Assembly: GCA_963815115.1 (NCBI GenBank)
Contig: CAWFFN010000007.1
Location: 288,001-352,000 of the forward strand
DNA length: 64,000 nucleotides
Reading direction: 5' to 3'
Source: an uncultured delta proteobacterium
GTDB taxonomy: Bacteria > Desulfobacterota > Binatia > DP-6
In this document: positions 57,015-64,000 of the stretch, piece after piece
Position numbering within the stretch: position 1 is the first letter of the stretch
Layout: each line of letters begins with the position of its first letter
Position numbers and translations under genes: made by a program
The notes under the pieces: model-generated
Seen by the model: the letters and a program-made list of their open reading frames with translations, nothing else
Told to the model about the DNA's origin: nothing
Database searches by the model: none

Positions 57015-57992
57015 ATGCAGAACGTCCAGACGGTGACCGGCACCTGTGCTCCCGCGTCCCTCGGCATGACGTTGATGCACGAGCACCTGCTCATCGGCTG
57101 GCCGGGCTGGGAGGCCGACGCACTCCTCGACCGCGCCACCCGGCGCGAGCATGCCCGCCGCTGCATCGATCGGCTCGCCGAGCTCCATGATCTGGGCGTG
57201 CGCACGCTCGTCGACCCGTGCCCGATCGACCTCGGGCGCGACGTCGAGTTCATGGCCGAGGTGGCACAGGCGAGCCGGGTCCGCATCGTCTGCGCCACCG
57301 GGCTCTACAAGGAGGACCAGGGGGCGCCGGCGTACTTCAAGTTCCGGCGCCAGTTCGGCGACGCGCTGGCGGAGATGACGGAGGTCTTCGTGCGCGAGAT
57401 CGGCGAGGGCGTCGGCGAGACGGGCATCCGCGCCGGCATCATCAAGGTGGCGACGGGCGCGCACCAGATCACGCCGTACGAGGAGCTGGTCCTGCGTGCG
57501 GCCGCGCGGGCCCACCGCGCGACCGGGGTTCCCATCACCACCCACACCGACGAGGGGACGATGGGGCCGGAGCAGCTCGACGTGCTCGCCGGCGAAGGCG
57601 TGGCGCCGGGCGCGATCGTGGTCGGCCACTCGTGCGGTGCGAGCGACGTCTCCTACCATCTCCGCATGCTGGATCGTGGCGCCTTTCTCGGGTTCGATCG
57701 GTTCGGCCTCGAGCTGCTGCATCCCGATCGCGAGCGGCTCGCGGTCCTCATCGGACTGCTCGGGCTCGGCTTCGAGCGCCAGCTCGTGCTGTCGCACGAC
57801 ACGGTGTGGTGCTGGCGGGGACGGGGCCCGACGCTGCCGCCCGAGACCCTGGCGCATTGGGAGCCGACCTACGTCCTGCGATCCGTCGTGCCGCGCCTGC
57901 GTGCCGCCGGCGTCGCGGAGGAGAAGATCGAGACCATGCTGGTCGACAATCCGCGCCGCTACTTCGCCGAGGCCGGAACGGCCGCCTGCTAG
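57015..57992 (+). CDS. Phosphotriesterase family protein
   Basis: TLMHEH, GIIK, ITTHT, VGH, FDRFG, LSHD, DNPRR. Confidence 0.93.
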   Translation: MQNVQTVTGTCAPASLGMTLMHEHLLIGWPGWEADALLDRATRREHARRCIDRLAELHDLGVRTLVDPCPIDLGRDVEFMAEVAQASRVRIVCATGLYKEDQGAPAYFKFRRQFGDALAEMTEVFVREIGEGVGETGIRAGIIKVATGAHQITPYEELVLRAAARAHRATGVPITTHTDEGTMGPEQLDVLAGEGVAPGAIVVGHSCGASDVSYHLRMLDRGAFLGFDRFGLELLHPDRERLAVLIGLLGLGFERQLVLSHDTVWCWRGRGPTLPPETLAHWEPTYVLRSVVPRLRAAGVAEEKIETMLVDNPRRYFAEAGTAAC

Positions 57993-59128
57993 GCTCCCGG
58001 CCCGGCCAGGATGACGACGCAGGCGTTGGCGCCGCGGCCGACGGTGTGAGCGAGCGCGACCCGCGCGCCCTGCACCTGGCGCGGCCCGGCCTGACCGCGA
58101 AGCTGCCAGGTGAGCTCGACGACCTGGCCGAGCGCGGACGCGCCGAGCGGCTCGCCCTTCGAGAGGAGGCCGCCGCTCGCGTTGACGGGCAGGCGCGATT
58201 CCATGGTGCCGCCGCCGTCGCGGACCCAGCCGCCGCCGCCATGACGGGGGCACAGGCCGAGCTCCTCCGCCGACAGGATCTCGCGCGCGGCGTCGGTGTC
58301 CTGCACCTCCGCGAGATGGACGTCGGCGGGCCCCAGGCCGGCGGACTCGTAGGCGCTCCGCGCCGCCATCTGCGTCGGTGTCGGAATGGCGTCGTCGGCG
58401 ACGCCGCCGAGCGGCGTGTGCTCGCCGAGCACGGAACCGGCGAGATGCGATCGCAGGACGGCCGTCGCGATGCGCACGGCGGACGCGCGCGGCGTGGACG
58501 ACACGACGACCGCCGCGGCGCCCTCGTTCGGCGAGCACAGCATCAAGAGCCGGAGCGGGTCGCACACGAGGGGCGAAGCGAGCACCTCCTCGGATGACAG
58601 GGCCTTGCGGTACATCGCGTGCGGATTGTGGACGCCGTGGCGATGGTTCTTCACCGACACCGTGGCGAGGTCGGCCGGCCGGACGTCGCTCTCCAGCATC
58701 AGACGCTGCGCCCGCAGCGCGAAGTAGGCCGGCGTCGCGGCCAGGCCCGCTTCCTCGCGCCAGGGCTCGAAGAAGCTCGAGCGGATCATGCCGCGCGGCA
58801 TCTTCTCGACGCCGAAGGCGAGCACCGTATCGTGCTGGCCGCTGGCGACCTGGGCCGCGGCGAGCGCCAGGGCGGCGCCCCCGCTGGCGCAGCCCGCCTC
58901 GACGTTGACGATCGGCACGCCGGAGAGACCGAGCGCGGTGAGCACCTTGTGGCCGGTCGCGACGCCGCCGTAGACGGTGCCGCAGAACGCAGCCTGGAAC
59001 CCGCCGCGCGCGACGTCTGCGTCCGCCAGGGCGCTGCGCACGGCGGCCACCCCGAGCGCGGTGAGGCTGCGATCGGCGAAGCGGCCGAAGGGGTGCAGGC
59101 CGACTCCCGTGATGTAGACCGGCCTCAC
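57989..59128 (-). CDS. Thiolase-family protein (SCP-x/Ltp2-like)
   Basis: NVEAGCASG, KNHRHG..NP.A, VNASGGLLSKGEP.GA, AGPRQV; GTG start overlaps the DUF35 stop. Confidence 0.9.
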   Translation of the reverse strand: MRPVYITGVGLHPFGRFADRSLTALGVAAVRSALADADVARGGFQAAFCGTVYGGVATGHKVLTALGLSGVPIVNVEAGCASGGAALALAAAQVASGQHDTVLAFGVEKMPRGMIRSSFFEPWREEAGLAATPAYFALRAQRLMLESDVRPADLATVSVKNHRHGVHNPHAMYRKALSSEEVLASPLVCDPLRLLMLCSPNEGAAAVVVSSTPRASAVRIATAVLRSHLAGSVLGEHTPLGGVADDAIPTPTQMAARSAYESAGLGPADVHLAEVQDTDAAREILSAEELGLCPRHGGGGWVRDGGGTMESRLPVNASGGLLSKGEPLGASALGQVVELTWQLRGQAGPRQVQGARVALAHTVGRGANACVVILAGPGA

Positions 59129-59547
59129 GTCGCTCCGGTCTCCGCGGGATCGGGCGCGAAGGCATACGACAGCACGGGGGTGCCGTCGTCGTCGGCGAAG
59201 AGTGGTTCGACGACGAGAGTGACCGCCAGGCCGGGCCGCAGCCGCGCGGGGTCCGACTCCGTCAGCCGCGTGATCACCCGCAGGCCGTCCGCGAGCTCGA
59301 CCATGCCGAATCCATACGGCACGGGTCCGCGATAGCCGGGCGGGCGGTTCGCCACCACCGTGCACAGACGGAGGCGTCCGGCGGGGCCGACCGGCGTCTC
59401 CCTCGCGTCCTCGGCGCCACAGTACGGACAGGTCGGCGAGGCGGGAAAGTGGAGTGCCTTGCACGACGAGCAGCGTGCGGCGAGGAGCCTGGGTCCGTCC
59501 GGTCCGACGGCGAAGAGGCCGGGGGTGATGGGGCGCGGCGATGCCAT
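59125..59547 (-). CDS. DUF35 Zn-ribbon/OB-fold protein
   Basis: CSSC..HFP...CPYC, PYGFGMVEL. Confidence 0.9.
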   Translation of the reverse strand: MASPRPITPGLFAVGPDGPRLLAARCSSCKALHFPASPTCPYCGAEDARETPVGPAGRLRLCTVVANRPPGYRGPVPYGFGMVELADGLRVITRLTESDPARLRPGLAVTLVVEPLFADDDGTPVLSYAFAPDPAETGAT

Positions 59548-59636
59548 GCTCAGCACCAGTGAAGGCCAGAATGTGCAGACAAACGCAACGAAATTTTCTC
59601 GCCAGTACCCCGGCCCGCATGGTACGGACACCGGCC

Positions 59637-62523
59637 ATGCGGATGCTCGCCCTCACCCGAGGGCTGTTCCCGATCGCTCTCCTCGCCGCCGCCGGTCCGG
59701 TCGCCGCGACGGTTCCCCAGGATCTGTCCCCTGGCGCAGGATCCCTGCGTCGTGAATTCCGCCCTCACGCTCACGCCGGGTTCGGTCATCGACCTCGGTG
59801 GCCGCGGCCTCCAGTTCGGTCCGGCGGCGCGGGTGATCGTGGGCGCGGGCGACGTGGTGATCTTGGCGGGACCGGTCCAGGTGCAGGCGGGAGCGCGCAT
59901 CGCGGGAACCGCGGGTCTGGCGCTCACGACTTTCGAGATCGACTCGACCGGCGCCATCCGGGTCGACGCCACGGGCGGTACGCGGGGGCGCATCGATCTG
60001 TCGGCCGACGAGATCGCCGGGTCGGTGACCCTGAGCGCGCAGACCGGCATCACCGTGACGGGCGACCTCATCGCGGACGGGACCACCCCGGACGGCAGCG
60101 GCGGCTCGATCAATCTCCTCACCGCCGGCGGCGACGTCCTCGTGAGCGGATCGCTCTCGGTCCAGGGCGGCTCGAACGCCGATGGCGGTCTCATCTTCGC
60201 CCAGGCCCCCGGCAGGGTCGACCTGTCGCAGGTGGTCGACATCTCCGGCGGCGACTTCGGCGGCGGTGAGCTCGACATCGCCGCCGGCGGGGACGCCATC
60301 GTGCGCCAGAGCGTCAATGCGAGCGGGGGTGGTCTCTCCGGCGACGGCGGGACGCTGAGCATCGATGCGGGGGGCAGCATCACCGTGCTCGGGCAGTTCA
60401 ACGGCACCGCCTCCGGTGACAGCGACGAGGGCGGCGGGTCCGGTGGGGACATGGAGCTCACCGCGGGGCAGGACGTGACGGTGAGCGGGTTGGTCGACCT
60501 GACGGGTGGGTTTCCCGACGGCGAGGGCGGCAGCTTCACCATCGACAGTGGCGGCAGCTTCACCCAGACCCAGTTCGTGAACCTGCTCGGGAACGGGATC
60601 GACGGCTGTGGCGGCTCGGTGGACATTCGGGCCGCGCGCGACATCACCACGAACCGCTACGACGTCAGCGGCGGCTCGTGCGGCGCCGGCGACGTCACCA
60701 TCCTGGGGCTCGGCACGGTGACGATTCCCGCCCAGATCGTCGCCGACGGCACCACCGGCATCTCCCAGGGCGGCATCATCAGCCTCCAGGGTCGTGACCT
60801 GGTGACGAACGACCTGGTGCGCGCCAACGGCGGCAGCCAGAGCTTCGGCGGCGTGGTCATGCTGCTGGGGTGCAACGTGACCGTCAACCAGTCGAGCGAG
60901 ATTCGGGTGCTCGGCGCGACCGGTAGCATCACCGTCACCGGGAGCGGAAGCATCGCCGTCCGGGGCAAGCTGACCGCCGGTGCGGGCGGCACCAACGCGA
61001 TCGTGTATCGCGATCCCGCGATGCCACCGACGATCACCGGACAGGTGAGTCCGCCACCGGTGAAGACGGTCGATCCGACGCTGCCGCCATGTGCAGGGGA
61101 GACGGCCGCCTGCGGGAACGGAACGCCCGACCCGGGCGAGGAGTGCGACGACGGCAACACCACCTCGTGCGACGGCTGCAGCGCGAGCTGCCGGCAGGAG
61201 GGCTGCGGCAACGGACGCGTGGAGTGCAGCGAGGAGTGCGACGCCGGGGCGCAGAACGGACAGCCGGGAAGCGGATGCGACGCCACGTGCAACGTCGTCC
61301 CGCTGCCGGGCGGGTTGCTCCTGTTTCCCGGGGGGCACTCGCGCAATTCGTGCATGGCGGAATGGCGCATCAAGCTGGCGAACGGGCTGATGAGCGGCGG
61401 CTTCCCGCTCATGAGCCAGCCCTGCGTCGACGGCGACCCCGGCTGCGATCGGGACGGGGCCACGGACGGGAAGTGCGTGTTCGAGACGGCGGTCTGCACC
61501 CACGTCACCGATGCGCGCCTTCCCGGCTGCAATCCGCTCCAGGTGGAGTCGATCTCCGTCAACAAGCCGGGTCCGCTCAGTGCGAGCGCGCCCGTCGACG
61601 TCGCCAACGCGAACGCCCTGGTCGGTGCGCTGGCGGGGCTGGGATTGACGGTGAAGGCGGGGACCAACGTCCTGGTTCCCGGCACGCCGGACGTCCAGCA
61701 CGACCATTGCACGGCGACCACCGGCATCACGGTGCCTCACCCGGCCGGCCTGTCGGCTGCCAAGACGCTCAACATCGCCGCCCGCGACGGCCTCGGTGGC
61801 CGCATGCACTCGAATCAGGTGACCCTGATCTGCGGCCCGAACACCGCGGTGTGCGGCAACGGACACATCGAGGTCGGCGAGCAGTGTGACGACGGGAACG
61901 ACGTCGCCTGTGACGGGTGCACGCCCACCTGTCGGGTCGAGCGGTGCGGCGACGGCATCGTCGAGTGCGGCGAGGGATGTGACGACGGCCCGGCCAACGG
62001 CACGCCGGGGAGCATGTGCACGGCGGCCTGCACGCAGATCGTGCCTCCGCTCCGCATTCCGGGCGGCGGCTCGAAGCGTTCCGACTGCCAGCTCGAGACC
62101 GCGATCGACCTCCAGGACGTGGTCGTGAAGGGAGATGGGACGCCGTCGAACAGGCAGGTCTGCGTCGACAACGACCCTGGCTGCGACTTCGATCCGGTGC
62201 CGGGCAGCTGTCGCTTCCATGCCTTCCTGTGCTTCGGCGGCGCCGACGACCGCCTGGCGTGCGCGGCAGACTCCGTCGCGTCCATCGAGGTGCGCAAGCC
62301 GAGCGCGAAGGACCAGGGTCCGGCGGGAGCACTGCGCCAGGCGGTGCTCCAGCGCCTGGCGGCATTCTCGCTCCCGCTTCCGGCGGGGGAACGGTGCACC
62401 CAGCGGATCGACATCGACGTGCCGGCGGGCAAGAAGCAGGCGTCCCTGGCGCTGCGCACGCGCGACACGCTCGGCGACAAGGACAGCGACTCGATCAAGC
62501 TCAGATGCTCGCCGGCGCCCTGA
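59637..62523 (+). CDS. Large secreted protein: Gly-rich beta-solenoid, Cys-rich repeats and a duplicated C-terminal Cys domain; frameshift at about 59727
   Basis: Signal peptide [24 protein letters not shown] is out of frame with ORF 59752-62523; N-terminus homologous to the 55480 protein. Confidence 0.82.
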
Positions 62524-62531
62524 AGGGCGGC

Positions 62532-63194
62532 TCAGTCGGGCGAGGGGAGGGGCGTGCCCCAGCGATCGAGGTGAGCCACCTCGGCGAGCGGCCGGCGTCG
62601 CGTCGGACCGAAACGGTCGCGGGGATGACCCAGGGGCACCAGGGCGGCCACCTCGACGTGCGCGGGGATCGCGAGGAGAGTCTTCAGGTCCTCCTCGAAC
62701 GTGCGGTGCAGGGTGGTGAGGGTGGTGCCGAGGCCGAGCGCGCGGGCGGCGAGCAGCAGGTTCTGCACCGCGGGGAAGATCGACGCGTAAGCGGCGGCAG
62801 GCGCGCGCAGCGTGCCGTCGGCTGCAACCAGCGGCCCGAGGCGCGAGTGATCCAGCCCGCAGGCGATCACGACCGGGGCCTCGTGAAACGACGAGGCCAG
62901 GTCACCCGCGGCGCGCATCATCCGCGCGTAGTGCGGCCGATCCCGCACGTCGCGATCGGCGTCGGTGGCGCTGGTGAATTGCTCCCCCGCCTCCCAGGCG
63001 GCGCGGTAGCGGCGGCCGATCTCCGCGCGCACGGCGGGGTCACGGACGACGACGAAGGCCCATGGCTCGGCCCCGCGTGCGGACGGGGCGCGCGTGGCGG
63101 CCTCGAGGAGCCGGTGCAGCGCCGCGTCGGCGACGGCATCGGGGCGGAAGCGGCGGAGCGCGCGCTGCGTCTCGACGACCTCGAAGAAATCCAC
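62532..63194 (-). CDS. Nitroreductase family protein
   Basis: QRALRRF, RAPS....PW.FVVV, AVQNLLLAARALGLGT, LGHP. Confidence 0.92.
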   Translation of the reverse strand: MDFFEVVETQRALRRFRPDAVADAALHRLLEAATRAPSARGAEPWAFVVVRDPAVRAEIGRRYRAAWEAGEQFTSATDADRDVRDRPHYARMMRAAGDLASSFHEAPVVIACGLDHSRLGPLVAADGTLRAPAAAYASIFPAVQNLLLAARALGLGTTLTTLHRTFEEDLKTLLAIPAHVEVAALVPLGHPRDRFGPTRRRPLAEVAHLDRWGTPLPSPD

Positions 63195-63210
63195 GGAAGT
63201 CCCGGGTCGC

Positions 63211-64000
63211 TCAGACGGCTTCGAGGATCGTGGCGGCGCCCTGGCCCATGCCCCCGCAGATGGTGGCGAGGCCGAACCGCCCGCCGCGCCGGCGGAGCTC
63301 GAGCGCCGTGGTGCCGACGAGGCGCGCACCGGAGGCGCCCACCGGATGGCCGAGCGCGCAGGCACCCCCGTTCGGGTTCACGTGGGCATCGTCCCCGATG
63401 TCGAACTCGCGCATGAGCGCGATCGGCGCGCACGCGAAGGCCTCGTTCACCTCGATCACCGCCATGTCGCGCGGGCCAAGCCCGGAGCGGGCGAAGGCGC
63501 GTGCCGTGGCCGGGATGGCGGAACGGATGAGATCGGTCGGGGCGCAGGCGCCGGTCGCGATGGTGTGGATGCGCGCGAGCGGCGTGAGGCCGCGCCGTGT
63601 CGCCTCCGTGCTCGACATGACCAGGCACACGGCGGCCCCGTCGGCCTGGCCGGAGGAGGTGGCGGCGGTGATCTTGCCGTCGGCCCGGTAGACGGGCGCC
63701 AGAGCGGCGATCCTCTCGAGCGAGGTGTCGGAGCGCGGGCCCTGGTCGTCCGTGACGCCGACGGGGCGTCCCTCGAGATCGAGGCCGTCGACCGGCACGA
63801 TCTCCTCGCGCAGGCGGCTGCGCGCCGCAATCGCGCGCTGGTGGCTCCGAAGCGCCCAGCGGTCCATGTCGTCGCGGCTGATCGCGTACTGGTCGGCGAG
63901 GCGCTCGGCGCCCTGGCCGCCGTTGAGCTCGATCGGGTTCACGCGCTCGAAGAGCTTCGGGTTGGGGTTCATCGCGGCGAGCATGTGGCCGCCTTCCTTG
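63211..64000 (-). CDS. Acetyl-CoA acyltransferase (thiolase), 5' end outside the window
   Basis: EVNEAFA, NGGACALGHPVGASG, ICGGMGQG. Confidence 0.93.
   Translation of the reverse strand, partial: KEGGHMLAAMNPNPKLFERVNPIELNGGQGAERLADQYAISRDDMDRWALRSHQRAIAARSRLREEIVPVDGLDLEGRPVGVTDDQGPRSDTSLERIAALAPVYRADGKITAATSSGQADGAAVCLVMSSTEATRRGLTPLARIHTIATGACAPTDLIRSAIPATARAFARSGLGPRDMAVIEVNEAFACAPIALMREFDIGDDAHVNPNGGACALGHPVGASGARLVGTTALELRRRGGRFGLATICGGMGQGAATILEAV

Overview
Uniformly GC-rich, densely coding chromosomal window with no integrase, transposase, prophage or CRISPR signal. The gene mix (large Cys-rich secreted proteins, CoA transferases, thiolase/DUF35, LLM oxidoreductase, amidohydrolases, TamAB) suggests a diderm deltaproteobacteria-like organism such as Candidatus Binatia; this is inference. 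Main contents: glgE-treS/mak-glgB operon, a CheB/CheR hybrid histidine kinase, gpmA, tRNA-Glu(UUC), paired acyl-CoA dehydrogenases, tamA-tamB, ppa, bolA-grxD and many redox/lipid catabolic enzymes. The most notable signals are: (1) four large modular secreted proteins built from shared modules, two of which end in the same highly basic helical C-terminal domain (candidate sorting/anchoring domain); (2) an RRM RNA-binding protein that appears to start at an AUU codon behind a strong Shine-Dalgarno; (3) frameshifts concentrated in the secreted-protein genes, which may be assembly errors; (4) recurrent leaderless promoter layouts. Coordinates were read by eye and no database searches were run.
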